Below are positions 48,138 to 61,674 of a DNA stretch of 64,000 bases, piece by piece. A program made the translations under genes and the position numbers. Numbering within the stretch: position 1 is the first letter of the stretch; each line of letters opens with the position of its first letter. The stretch is from the NCBI GenBank assembly GCA_951406725.2, contig OX597815.1:113212001-113276000 (forward strand), written 5' to 3'. This DNA comes from Octopus vulgaris. Its lineage: Eukaryota. The notes under the pieces were generated by a model. That model had not been told where the DNA came from and did no database searches. It worked only from the letters and a program-made list of their open reading frames with translations.

Positions 48138-49401
48138 TAGATGTTGGACAAAATAATGGAAACACCTAGCATCATAGAATCATAATTTTGAAATATCTAT
48201 AAAACCGTCAACAGCTTGTTTATTTTAATGTTTTTTTTTATTTATTATTACTGGTGTTTAATATGTTTTGCTAAAATTGCTGTTTCTTTTCAGATATCAT
48301 CAGAAAAAGGTAATCAAAATGCATTAAAATGACAGATCTATCGGACGTTCAAAGAGGTCAAATTGTTGGTGCTTGTATGGCAGGCGCTAGTGTAACGAAA
48401 ACAGCCGAAATGTTTGGTCTATCAAGAAGTACTGTCTCGAAAATAATGACAGCCTTTGAAAAAGACGGAAAAACCTTCTCGTCGAAACAAAACTTCGGAA
48501 GAAAACCAAAACTTTCAGGTAGGGACCGTCGGACTCTCACGCAAATTGTTAGAAAGGATCACAAAAGTACAGATCCCAAAATTACTGCAGAGCTTAATGA
48601 CCACCTCGAGAACCCAGTTTCCACAAAAACTGTTCGCCAGCAGCTGCACAAAACCGAATTTCACGGGAGGGCTGCAATCAGAAAACCACTACTTTCAAAT
48701 CAAATGCTGCAAAACGTTTAGAGTGGAGTAAAAATCTACAGAATTGGTCCCTAGAACAGTGGAAGAATGTTATTTATTCGGACAAGTCATCCTTTACCTT
48801 ATTTCCGACCACCGGCCTAGTATACGTATAGAGACAGCCAAAAGAAGCATTTGACCTAGAGTGCCTTCTTCCAGCTGTTAAACATGGAGGAGGATCTGTG
48901 ATGATCGGCGGGAGGGCTATATCTTGGAAATCCACCGGCCCAATAGTTTCCTTTCATGGCAGATTTAATAGTCAAGACTAAGCATTTTTATCTGATCAAA
49001 TTTCAGCCTATTGTTGCAGAACTGTTTCCGAAGGGAAACGCAATCTTTCAGGATGATAATGCCCCAATTCACACTGCTAAAGTTGTTACTGAATGGCACG
49101 AGGAATATTCTAGTGAAGTTGAACAGCTTATCTGGCTACCACAGTCCCCAGATCTTAATATTATTGAATATTTATGGTGCATTTTAGAAAAACAAGTAAG
49201 GAGTCGATATCCTCCACCATCATCACAAGAACTGGAGACTGTTTTAGCTGAAGAATGGACAAAATTTCCTTTGAAAACAATTCAAACTTTGTACGAGTCC
49301 ATACCTCATAGAATTCAAGCTCTAATTACTGCCAAAGGCAGTCCTACTCCCTACTGAAATAAATTTATTTGAAATTTTAAGGTATTTCCATTATTTTGTC
49401 C
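48138..49401 (+). mobile_element. Near full-length Tc1-family DNA transposon
   Basis: Terminal inverted repeats GGACAAAATAATGGAAACACCT / AGGTATTTCCATTATTTTGTCC; flanked by TA microsatellite. Confidence 0.93.
48329..49357 (+). pseudogene. Tc1 (DD34E) transposase pseudogene, frameshifted
   Basis: HTH domain (DLSDVQRGQIVGA...GRKPKLS), VIYSDKSSF, VKHGGGSVM, FQDDNAPIH and WLPQSPDLNIIEYLW spread across several frames. Confidence 0.93.
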
Positions 49402-49481
<80 letters not shown>

Positions 49482-49955
49482 ATCGACAATATCAAAATCG
49501 ATAATCTCTAAAATTAATATTTCTTCGATCCAACGATACATAGCCACTCTTCAGGTCTCAATAACATAAAATAAATTTACAACATAAATGAAGATGTTAT
49601 AATTAAACTATACATTTATATATGTATAAACTGCCACTATATCTTATCATACCACACGCTACAGGAGAAAGAAAAAATAGTAAACACCGAAATAATTAGC
49701 ATCCGTGAATTACTGTGCGACATTAAGTCGTATTGTTACAATAACTCGTTATAGACCGCATTTTTTAAAGAAACCTAACATCTAATAAATATACCATCCG
49801 AGAGGAGGTTGGATGTTTCTCTCAAAGATTGTCGCCTGGGCACTGCGACTGAAGGTTTGTGCGTGTTTAACGCTACTGAAACTTCATCAAATCACACCCT
49901 GATATTTTAAAAGGGAATCAGACAGATAATGTAGTTTTGATTTCATGCTTTAAAC

Positions 49956-50235
49956 CAGTGCTTCTCAAAGTAAGCGACACTGCCCCGGGATGGTGGAGTG
50001 GGGCGTTGTAGGCGATATTTCTTTGTTAATTCCCTTAATTTTTAAAACTTTTATTCTGTGTGCAGATCGTCTGGTCGTATATGTAATTGAAAAGTTATTT
50101 TGACATTCCAAGAATTCTTTTAATAGTGACCAACCTGTCGGTAGCATTTTTTTTTTTGTGTATTTAATTTTGCAAGGGGATGTTGAAAAAGTGTTAGTAA
50201 AAGAAAGGATGTTAAAAAAAGTTTAAGAAGTTCTG
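49956..50235. mobile_element. hAT (Charlie-type) MITE with an 8-bp target-site duplication
   Basis: Termini CAGTGCTTCTCAAA / TTTAAGAAGTTCTG; identical CTTTAAAC at 49948-49955 and 50236-50243. Confidence 0.85.
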
Positions 50236-50486
50236 CTTTAAACAACAAGGAAGTGGTCACGAAGGATAAGATGGATTGACTCCGTGACTAGGAAAGACAT
50301 ATAAGAGACCAGAAATACGTTGCGTTATCAAGAACAAGAAAAAGACAGACATGAAGATGCTACCGTGGTTCAAGACAGTAAATTTATTCTTTCAAATATA
50401 AATAAGTTTACCTCAGCAAACACACATAAAGTTATTCATTGTACCTTTGCTTAATAGAACGTGTGCAATGAAAATTTTCAGTAAAA

Positions 50487-51197
50487 CCTAATTCAGTATG
50501 TAAAGTATAGAAGCCATCTTATCATGGCTAACCACATTGGGGAGGGGGTGTTACTGTAGCTTTATAGCCCCAAGAGATCTTCGTCTCAAGCTGGCTTTAG
50601 ACACAATATCAGTGTCCTAGGAGTATTTGCAAAGGGAGGCCATCCCTTCCTCGCAAGCCTGAGTGATACGCTCGAACTAGTTTCGGGATTGTTGTCCCTC
50701 GTCAACGGGCGGTAACCACCAGGTAGCGATGAAAGTGAAGGCTTCTTTGCAAATATATATAAGTTTTTCTAATGGCGTCTGCCACTGATATCGAAAAACG
50801 AACAGTACTCATTCTGAGATTTAATTATGCTTACTGTTCGTTTTTCGACATCAGTGGCAGACGCCATTAGAAAAACTTATATATATTTGCAAAGAAGCCT
50901 TCACTTTCATCGCTACCTGGTGGTTACCGCCCGTTGACGAGGGACAACAATCCCGAAACTAGTTCGAGCGTATCACTCAGGCTTGCGAGGAAGGATGGCC
51001 TCCCTTGCAAATACTCCAAGGACACTGATATTGTGTCTAAAGCCAGCTTGAGACGAAGATCTCTTGGGGCTATAAAGCTACAGTAACACCCCCTCCCCAA
51101 TGTGGTTAGCCATGATAAGATGGCTTCTATACTTTACATTATCGAGCGATTACTGTTTCAATCTCATTCTGAGATTTAATTATGCCTAATTCAGTAT
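50487..51197 (+). mobile_element. Retrozyme/Penelope-like insertion: duplication, inverted partial copy, 355-nt monomer with 23-nt terminal redundancy, duplication
   Basis: Arms 50498-50807 and 50832-51139 are near-identical inverted copies; CTCATTCTGAGATTTAATTATGC at 50808 and 51163; CCTAATTCAGTAT at 50487 and 51185. Confidence 0.85.
50928..50970 (+). ncRNA. Minimal type-I hammerhead ribozyme motif with a U3 core variant (mirror copy on the minus strand near 50669-50712)
   Basis: Stem I CGCCCG/CGAGCG; core TTGACGA; stem II GGGA-caacaa-TCCC; GAAA; palindromic ACTAGT stem III; UU cleavage site. Confidence 0.7.
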
Positions 51198-52594
51198 ATA
51201 ATAAAGAAAACAGCAGCTATAAAAACGAAATTAGAGAACAGTGTGAAATACGATTCACGTTCCAGATATGATAAAGTTAATGATTACAATTCAGATATTC
51301 AATCCGAATTTTCTGTAAATAATAGTTTGTCATGATTGTGTCAGCGAAAAACAAACACTTTTCACAAAGTGTGTTTCATTGTAACAACAGTTATAAGACT
51401 GAAAATAAGTGTGGATGAACACGTATGTGTGTGTGTGTGTGGAAATACGTTATATTGATAATGTATATATAACATTACGTATGTGTGGCAAGTTTGTCAT
51501 GAGTATGTGCATTCAAGTGCATGTGGGGAATTATGATATCAAATGATGTGGGTTAATAAAGCAAAAGGAAATTTTTATTAGAAAAACCGTATCGTTTTTA
51601 CTCATATGTTCATCTGTCGGGTGGACGAGGACCATCTAGCCAACCTTAAGGATGTCTGATGACTTGTGCAGTGACTATTTAAAATAAAGAAAAGTTGTGC
51701 ACCGTGAACCACTTTCTCGTGCCTGTGGCCATCTTCAATCCAGTGACAAGACTAGGTCAAAACGACCGGGAATGGTGGCGGATGCAGTGGATAATCAAAA
51801 CATCTTATTTGCTTCATCTTGCTCTCTGTTCCACAATGCACAACTGTCTTCTCATCCGTTGAAACATAAAGATGTCTTCCGCAGAGTCTGCAAGATCTAA
51901 TCTTTACTATCAGCAGACAGGCTCTAATATACTAATTAACTCATAATGGAACCTTGACTGGTGCTACTATTTCCTATCAGAATAGACCTAGGAACAAGAG
52001 TAGACCTGGGACTAACAAGTGATTCCAAGCTCCTCAATACCCTGGAACTCCCAAACCAGGATCCCACTAACGGATGTAGTTTAAAGTCTTACCTAATAAG
52101 CAAAAGACAGGGAAAACGCGCGAACACACATGAATCACAGTACTCGATTGATCGATATTAGAGGGAAAGGTCGTCTTGAACATACTGTGTGAATGGGGAG
52201 AACACACAATTAAGTAAGTGATGGTGCGAAAACAAATAACCATGCAACAGAATGATAGTGCAAAGACATCTTGCTCTCTGCTCCGCAATGCATTGCACAA
52301 TACACAGCTGTTTTCTCATCCATTGAAACATGGTGCGAAAACAGATACCTACGCAACAGAGTGATAGTGCATGCGTTATTGATAAAATCCCAACCATTAG
52401 ACGAGTCGTTTAAGTTGTCTACTACAACTTTTGATCACTTTCTGTACAAGCGAAATAATCTTGTGCTAATCAGCAACAACGATCTGGACTATGACCGGCG
52501 TGCATGAATATTGATCAGAGTCAGACATAATGGTGCTTCTTTAGCATGCGGTCTACTTCAGAATCCGTAGCCTATGCTGTGAAATTATCTGATC

Positions 52595-52637
52595 TGGGTT
52601 AGGATTTGGGTTAGAATTAAGGTTAGGGTTTGTGATT
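52595..52637 (+). repeat. Short interstitial telomere-like (TTAGGG) tract
   Basis: gggttaggatttgggttagaattaaggttagggtt...tagggttagggtta. Confidence 0.7.
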
Positions 52638-53059
52638 AGGTTTAGGGTTAGGGTTAAACTGCATGTTAAAATATAAATGAGCAGATAGACTGTGCACTAA
52701 TGTGGTACCAACATAACACATTCGCCCTGCTTAATTTGATTCTTGGTTGCCTTTAAGCTGTGTTCACTTTGTTTATAAGCATTCGGACTAAGCCCCATGC
52801 TCTTTTTCTCTTTACGTTTATCCTGCAGGTCTTCATCTACGGGCGTTCAAGCTGAACAACAACAGCATCAATTTTTATCTGTTCACGGGGGTCAGTAAAG
52901 ATCAAGCGTACTGACCCTCTTATCTTGACAAATCGACAAGAGTGTAGGGAATCCGACCGTATGTAAAGAGTTGGTGACAAATGTCTCCTTTTGAACGTCG
53001 CACGGTCGCCCCTAACAAAATAAGAAGCCAAATGCATACTATAAAATACAGTGCAAAAG

Positions 53060-54010
53060 GAATGAATGAAGGACGACAAAACCGTTCTACCGTTTGAGAG
53101 AGAAGAAGAAGACTTTATTTACAAGGTGTACAAAGATAGTGTGTGTGAGTGCTAGCAAAGTGTTGTGTCTGGATGCGTGTGCATAGGTGTTTTGTGTTTG
53201 TGTGTTTGTGTGTGCGACAGAAAGTACGAATAATGGTGTATGCATATAACAGAATACAGAGCATAAGATGAATCTCAGCATAGAGAGTTCAGATGGAATT
53301 TGTTTACCAATTCGTAAGTGAGGTACACGATAGCAAGTTCTATAACAAGATGTTGGGGGCACGAGGCAGAGGCTGGTTGGGGCACATGTCATGCCGCGGT
53401 TGAGGCCTCAATGCCGTGTCGAGTCTCTTGTTACAGAAAGTTCTTTCAGGTAGACTGCAACTGTTTTACCTCGGTGAAATATTCACAAACAGCGGTAGTT
53501 TAAAACCTGGTCGTGTTGATGTGTACATATTGCTGAAGTCGACGGAGATGGAGATGACACAGAGGTGAAGGACGAAGATGGTGATGGCGGCGGCAGAGGG
53601 AGATGACGTTCAGAAGAAGGCGACGGAGATGTAGAAAGTCCTGTCTGTCGCTAGTGTATAATAGCGTCTTCATGGCTAGCTAGCTGGTCGACTGTCGCTG
53701 GAACTGGAACACGGCTGAGTAGCTCTGTGGTCAGTGACTAGACCTTAGAAGGTCTAGAGCCAAAGACTCGGAATAGTGAATGCTGGCCTTTTTAAAGCCT
53801 GGGGTAGGCTCAAATGAAGCATTTTATCCGAAGGCCGTGATTGGTTGGCTTACACACTGGCGCGAAATAAGTCGAGAGATAAACCGCGCCAAATGCCAAC
53901 CAATCAGTGCAGTGGACGCAACAGGGTCAAACTAGCCAAAGATGGATGTAATCTCAAACGAGATCATTCCTAATGTGTCTCTCAAACAATGAAGATATCA
54001 AATACGCTAC
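53060..54010 (-). mobile_element. Solo-LTR-like element
   Basis: The minus strand starts TGTAGC at 54010 and has CCAAT boxes, a TATA-like TTTAAAAAGG and AATAAA near 53117; homologous to 47215-47612. Confidence 0.6.
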
Positions 54011-54239
54011 AAGAGTATACAATTATCTTACATCTTGTTTTGTAATTTCAGAATATCATGCTGTTTAATGTGTGGTAGAATTCTTCTGGAGAACGTTATA
54101 GAAGCAACCTACTTCAATTGACACAATTTAACTGAAGGTTAGATTATGTCGCTATTGTTCATGGTAGACTTCAGGTGAGATTTCTGTAAGGATTATAAAC
54201 TAAGAAACAGACAAGACGATACATACATACGTACTTGCG

Positions 54240-54448
<209 letters not shown>

Positions 54449-55204
54449 CCTGAAAGTACGGATGTACTGATGACCTTCGCCGACCCTTGTAGTTCAGGGA
54501 AATCTATGCGATTAATGTTGATAGCGACAGGGAAGAAATTCCAGATGAGTGATGTAGGAAGAATTGGACGAAGTAATTAGTACGGGGTATGAGCCTCAGA
54601 GGGAAGGGAAAACATAATATCAATGACAGGAAGGAGAGAAACAAGTCAGGTGGATGATGTCTGAGCGGTTGCGGCCTAATTTCAACCAGCTCCGTAGCGC
54701 GGAAACCGCTACAGTGGCAGTATAAAAGGCAGAGAGGAGAGCAAGCACATTTGTGCAGTGGTAAGTCAGCAGCTTCATGCAAGGCAGTAGTGTGGCTTTT
54801 GGATCTTTTCCTTTTGAACGGCAGTTTTCAGCACAATTTCTAGTTAACTATACACTTTTAAACTTCGTATACTGGTAGAATGTGTCAAAATAAAACATTT
54901 TTTTCTCTTGGCTTTCTTGAGAAAATTGTAATTTGTAAGTTTAACGTAGTTTAATTTATCGTATTTTAACCAATCAATCGCCTCTATTGAGCTAAAATCA
55001 TTTGCTGCGTCTAAAACTGAGACCTTACCGATGTATGTACATATTTTTGAATATTGTATATACTATACGTTGACTTGTTTCAATGTTCATACACACATGC
55101 ACCACATTCTAGGATTTTAGTTGCTTTCTCATTGCTCCTACATGCTAACACCTCCAGCCTCTGAAAGCGACCCACCGCCCTTGCAGCCTAACCCTAACCA
55201 TAAC

Positions 55205-55850
55205 CTCTGCAAGTGACCTACCGCTCTTGCAGACAAACAACACTTTTTTCCACTACAAGCGACTCACTGCCCTTTCAGGAAAAGTTTTGGCACTTCTCAT
55301 GTCTCAGCAGTCAACATTGCATCTTAAGCACTTTGAATTTTGCATTCTGTAATTTCCAGTTTCTTGGACAGTTGCTATCACGTTTGCATGTCAACGTTCT
55401 GTGTCTCAGACTATTTACATTTCTTAACTTTGCCTCGCCAGTGACTGTTCCGGAGAATAGACTTATGTTGCTATAGACACCGCATTCACATTTTCCCTCT
55501 TCCTGTATCATTGTACATATGTGCTTTGTTCTATTTGATTGGACACCTTTTCTTTGCTGAACGTTTTGCTTGTACATATTTGCATTGTTTTTTTTTTTTT
55601 TCAATTTCAATTGTTCATGCAACTGTTTTGCCATGGCTCGGTCTTCTGTGACCTCCGAGTGCACACTTACTCCACCTACACTACTCTTAATCGACCGCTT
55701 CCTATCTAAGGGGGGGGGCTCTGTAGGCACAGTTACCTCCCCTGAGGGCGGCTGCCTAATTTGTTGAACAATAGAGGGTATTACGCAATATTAAGGTTCA
55801 GAGACTCATCATTTCCTCTTTCTGCACCGAGACGCGAGACTGAAGACATA
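55205..55850 (-). mobile_element. Possible L1/Tx1-like ORF1 remnant
   Basis: Coding-like PTEPPPLDRKRSIKSS...DRAMAKQLHEQL, then a frameshifted zinc-knuckle trace (C.VCK..VGHLQR); stops present. Confidence 0.3.
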
Positions 55851-55868
55851 ACCTATCTCTCTCTCTTT

Positions 55869-55923
<55 letters not shown>

Positions 55924-56150
55924 CACGCTAGCTAGCAGATAGAAGGTAACGCGCAGGAGAAGACCAAGGCTTCCACGCATCAAACCATTTTCATTTATCA
56001 TTCAGCTTGTACATATACGTGTGGCCACATTAAAGGCATTTAGAGTTTCCGCCTTGTACCATGCATTTGTTTATACCATGTTCCTGTCAAATGAGATTAC
56101 AACCTTCTGAGTAGAGTCACATTAGATGGCTCCACAACCTATACTTCTAA

Positions 56151-56260
56151 AAGCCATTGAAAGACACACAAAAACCGTTAGATTCACTTCATTTAAATTT
56201 GACTAATTAAATTTAAATGTTGAAGTGAATCTAACGGTTTTTGTGTGTTTTTAAATGGCT
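56151..56260. repeat. Near-perfect inverted repeat with ~50-bp arms
   Basis: AAGCCATTGAAAGACACACAAAAACCGTTAGATTCACTTCA pairs with TGAAGTGAATCTAACGGTTTTTGTGTGTTTTTAAATGGCTT. Confidence 0.85.
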
Positions 56261-56704
56261 TATAAACACCTTCCACGCTGCAATTGATTTTTAATATGGT
56301 TTTGTATTATATATGTATTATATACATACGTGGTTATATTCCAATGAAAGTGTTGCACATATGTTAGAAATCATCATAATTATTGCTGTTTTTGTTTAGT
56401 CAGAGGGTGGATGTCGATGCAGTTATGTTCAAACTGAACTTCTGCTGGTTGATGACGGTATGAAAAACATGGACAGAAAATGAATTCTGGGTGGATATTT
56501 CTGGGAAGAAGAATTAGGAGATGATGTTGTTATTGTTGTTGTTTTGCTCTAAGTTAACTTCTATCTTGCTGACCAATGATCAAAGGAGTTCTTCATCAAT
56601 CCACCATTCTTGATTGATACTTATCTTATCGACACCGAGATAGGGAAAGGTAAAGCTGGCGTCGGCAGGATTTGAACTCAGGCTATGAAGAATCAAAACG
56701 AAGA

Positions 56705-57345
56705 GCTTAACTTAGATAGGTTTCGGCCAGTATAGGCCCAGGCCATGTCTAACTTAATAGCACCACCTGGTGAAGTATTTTAGTCACATATGAGGCACCA
56801 TTGCCCACTCTAGCAAATAATTATTATTGTTGGAGGGAGACATATCCGAGTGTGGGAGGATGGTCTGGGATTTTTGGGAGAAATTTGTCCAGAGAACTTT
56901 TGAATTTTATGGGATCTATTTCCGTTTTGATCTATTTTGGTATAATATTAAAGAGAGCTAGACTGGTTGAGGTAAAGCAGTTGTGTTGTAATGCTGCTAT
57001 GTGTCTTCAGTTCGATTTTAGTAGTGGGCAGATAGCACGGGGGCCAAGTCTTGGGTGGATTTTAAAATTGATGCCAGCATCATTTGTGCAATATTGATGA
57101 AATATTTTCCACATCACACGAATGATGTAGTGCCCACGGCGGCATTGGAGAGAGTAGAGACTGAGTTCTTTTTTTAGTCGACCCCCGTAGTCAATGCCTG
57201 TCATGCCGTCTATCTTTCTTGTTATTGACCTCTAGAGTGTTTTCACTTTCATAATGAGTTGCTTCGTGTGAGGAGACCACAGTGGGCAACAGTATTCAAG
57301 GTGGGGTCGGGCAAAAGTAGAGTAGAGAAGGATGATGATGTGAGC
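56705..57345 (-). mobile_element. CR1-clade LINE 3' end
   Basis: Minus strand: LLYSTFARPHLEYCCPLWSPH...ITRKIDGM..IDY..RLK.L.LYSLQ.RR, followed by a 3' hairpin and short tail. Confidence 0.85.
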
Positions 57346-57583
57346 ATCTCTAGACCGTCCGACATTCTAACGACCCCGTCACTTTGCCATCTAGGTAGCG
57401 TAGAGAAAGACAGGTGTATCAAAGGTATATATATGAGAAGTTATACAATCAGCAAGTTCAGCCCTTTTGAACTTGCTGATGAAGCAAGAGATAGCCAAAC
57501 TCAATGGCAGACAAGGAGTTTGATGACCGCTAGATTTGTTGTCGTCGTCGTTGTTGCTATTGTCGTTGTTGTTGTTATTAGTG

Positions 57584-57618
<35 letters not shown>

Positions 57619-57935
57619 GCTGCCGTTGCTGCCACCACTGCTGCTGCCACCGTTGCTGCTGATGCTGCCAGATTTCCCTCAAATCAAACGTCACCATCTT
57701 AAAAAAATATGACACATTGGATAATGTTGTCCCAGAAATCTCTTTAGAAAATGAGATGGTCATAGTTGGAATTCTTCTAACCTAAATTTACTAGGTCAGT
57801 TCGAGCCTGGATTAAGCAACAGAAAAGAAAACAGCAATCATGCCACCATCATCATCTCCGCCTACAACAACACACTTGAGCATCAAGGATTGGCAAAGAG
57901 AAATTGAAAAAATAAATATATATATATATACATAT

Positions 57936-58023
<88 letters not shown>

Positions 58024-58502
58024 GTAAGTATATATATATATATAAATGTCGCAATTTGTAGGATAAAATGTGAAGGAGGGAAATATAGGAAGTAAGTTCG
58101 TGTACGAAACTACAATATTTCTTTCCTTTTCCAAGTGTTCTTGATCACATACCACTCATATCATGCGTAATTAGGTGGGGATTCAGGAAGAAAGATAAGA
58201 TATAACGTGCAGTATGACGCCTTTACATCGCATTATCTTATTCTCATTTATTTCGCTTTTACAATTTGTTGTTCGTCAAATGTCCCAAGACAGTGTACTT
58301 AAAAGATATATCAACGGAGTCAGGCTGTAAAGGAATTTTAGTAGTCTTATTTAAATTACATTATTCAAAAAGAGTTTGTTCGAAGATGACAAAATTTCCA
58401 TTTCTTTCTGTGTTTTATCTAACGATGTTTATACGAAGCAGACAAATTTTGCTTTTATCTATGCAGTTTATATAAGCAAGCCAGATGGATGTGTATGTGC
58501 GT

Positions 58503-58539
<37 letters not shown>

Positions 58540-58872
58540 TGCGTGCATGCGTGTATGTATGTATGCACGCATGCATATACATGCATATATGTATGCAGGC
58601 ATGTATGTACATATGTATATATGTATGCACACATACGCATTCACACATACATATAGATGCATGTATGTCATTTTTCAGTTTTGTTTAAAAGTTTCTTGCC
58701 AATAGAGAAAGAACCGGTTTCTAACCTAGATCCAAGGCTCATTCATTGGAATTTCAACAGCATCAACTGGGTATTTTTGTATATATGTATGTATATGTGC
58801 AGATTTGTACGTTTTGTTTTACGTATGTATTCTCGAGCATATAGCTGCATGTCTAGACATGCTCATATATAC

Positions 58873-59810
58873 TTAAATGATAAACTTTTGGAAAGTTTTA
58901 CAGATTTTTACAGTTCCAGTGATGGTTTGGATCTGTAGTCTTCGAATCAGTTTTCTCATTTCTGGTTTTGAGAAGCCTAATTTCGCAAGATTAGTAATTA
59001 GGCAGTGCGTTACATATCCCAAGGCCACAATAATTACAGGTATAGACCTGGACTTGTAATCTTGGTAGAATAGCTGTAGCTTCCTCAATAATTCAGTGTA
59101 GGTACTTTTTTCGCTGATCTTTAGCCTTATGGTAACATCCACTGGGCAGGTGATTTCCACAACTGTACACAGTTTCTCTACTCTTTCCCAAATCATTATA
59201 TCAGGTCTGTTAGGTTTGCATTTTATTGAGGTTTTCACTGGGACATTCCACCAGTACTTCCTTTTTATTGAGTGGGTATGGCTTCCATCATACTGTGGGG
59301 TCTTATGTCTCTAGCCCCGGGTTTATCCTTTTGACAGATCTCATTATACAGTTTCTAGCTACAACATCATGTCTCATCAGTAGATAATACCGTAATGACA
59401 TTTTCGGACAACTGCTTATTAAGTGGGTGATATATTCGGTGTTAACTCCACAAAGTCTACATCGGTTATCACATTTTGCTGCTTTTCCTGTGTCTCTGTC
59501 TCTTATGTGCATCGGGTATTTGGTTGATATTTCCTGTTCCTGGATTGCAAACGCATAACCTTCAAAGTGGGAGTTAGTACTCCGGTTGTTGGTCCATGAC
59601 ACACTGCTTTGATCAATGTTACTATCATCTTGGAGTTTTCTAGTAACATATCCTTGCATGGTCGTCTGCCAGCATGCGCTCATTCTTTCATATGATACGT
59701 TGCGGTAGAGTCGTGCGACTTGTTTGGGCATATATTTAAGGTTATCAGACAAGGAATACTGCTCAAGGAGCAGCTTTATCAGTCTCATGCATGCAAACTT
59801 GGTCAAGGGT
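58873..59810 (-). mobile_element. R4/Dong-type non-LTR retrotransposon 3' part (CCHC knuckle and restriction-like endonuclease), frameshifted
   Basis: HFEGYAFAIQEQEI, CRLC-x8-H-x4-C, RHD, NRPDIMIW...VEITCP and IPVIIVALG. Confidence 0.9.
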
Positions 59811-59953
59811 TGCAATTCGACATTTGGTGGTGGGTGCGTGTTTGTGTGTGTGTGTGTATGTGTGTGTGTGCGCGCGCGTGCGTGCGTGCGTGTGTGTGCG
59901 CGTTTGTGTGTGTGCATGCATGTGTGTTTGTATGTATGTATGTACGTGTGTGC

Positions 59954-59992
<39 letters not shown>

Positions 59993-60231
59993 TTGCAAGA
60001 TCCTTAGTATGAAAAGTATATAGTAACAGGTGTTGTTATACTTCGAGTAGGTCATTTTGTCAATAGACATACGCGTGCAGGTTGTATTTCACTTCTTTTT
60101 ATTGTTAGTATGAGTTCATACGTTACCTAATCAGTTGTGTGAACAATCGTTGGTCACTCAGTCATTTGTTTCGTCGGGGCAATCAACCGACTGATTGATC
60201 AAAAGTAATTAACTAATTAACGAATAATGAT

Positions 60232-60448
60232 TTAAAATTTTGGCAGAAGGCCAGCAATTTTTGAGAGAGTGGGTAAGTAGATTATATCAACCCCGGCGCT
60301 TAACTGGTTCTTATTTTATCGAACCCGAAAGGATGAAAGGCAAAGTCGACCCTGTGGAATTTGAACCGAGAAAGTAAAGAGCAAAAAAAAAAAATGCCAC
60401 AAAGCATTTTTGTGCGAGGCACAGTCGATTATGCCAGATCGCCGCCTT
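60232..60448 (-). mobile_element. SINE family C
   Basis: CCCGAAAGGATGAAAGGCAAAGTCGACC core. Confidence 0.8.
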
Positions 60449-60683
60449 AATTAATTGATTAATAACACTTTCAAAGTTTGGCACAAGGCCGGTAATTTTA
60501 GAAGTTGGGGTCAGTCGATTACATTATTTAAAACCATGAGGTGCTTCTGTTAGCAAAATGATCCTCCCCTACCAAAGTAGAAGAACATCTGTTTCGACAC
60601 ACGAGTTTACACAAAAAACCTTGCAATTAGCATAGGTTAGAAAGGTTGTCATATTCCAAGTCGTCTTGTGTGCGAATACACGT

Positions 60684-60757
<74 letters not shown>

Positions 60758-61617
60758 TTTTTACCGGTATCTTCAGTTGGTCTTGTATGTCAGTTCTTAC
60801 GGCGTAGAGGATTGAATAGAATACTTTGCAGTATTTGTTCCGACTCTCCACATTCTAAGTTGAAATCTCGCCGAGGCCAGCTTTGTTTTTCACCCTTTCA
60901 AGGTCGATAAAAGACTTTTACCAATCCAGGGTGGGGGCTTGGCGGAACTGATAGAGCTGGGTGAGATGCCTTGCGGTATTTGTTCCAGCTCTTTACACCC
61001 TGACAGTAGTGACTGCAGCGATATTGATGCCAAACTCTAACAACCCAAGTCGATGTCCTTTGCCCTGGACAAGATTAGTGGCATGGAGAGGGAAGACTTG
61101 TATGCATAGGTAACCCTGCCTGCGTCAGCTCATAAATGTACAGATGCATGGTCAGCACTGACAGACGAGAGCCCTACATGTTAGTTCTTATTCAGAGTTA
61201 CTACTTTCCATAATTGGTAGTCAGCAACATGGCTTGTGTAATCTCTGTTTCGATCGTATGTTCCATCGATGTAAGGAAGAGAGGGCCTTTGTTACTGAAC
61301 AGAGGTGACACGATTGGGATCTAATCAGCTGAGCATAAAGGCTTTCTCCTTTATATGGGTTCAGAGATATTCAGACAGACATAACAAATATCGTGAGATT
61401 TTAAGGCTGAGATAGTATTAAAGTAAAAATTATTTTCTAGCATCTGTTAATTGTACTCTTCAAAATTTAACTAAGAGCTCGTTGATGAGACATGTATGTG
61501 TTGATCTGATACAAGTAAAATTGGATATATATGGAAGCGCAAGTTTATTAGAGAAAGATATATAAGTATATGTGAACACTCATGTGTGTATATATATATA
61601 TATATATACATACATAC

Positions 61618-61671
<54 letters not shown>

Positions 61672-61674
61672 AAA

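Noticed and set aside
49535-49560. Minus-strand CTGAAGAGTGGC as a further hammerhead
   Set aside because: No complementary stem II strand or properly placed GAAA found
59303-60070. 255-aa ORF as a host gene
   Set aside because: The N-terminus is microsatellite and the remainder is an R4-type retrotransposon fragment
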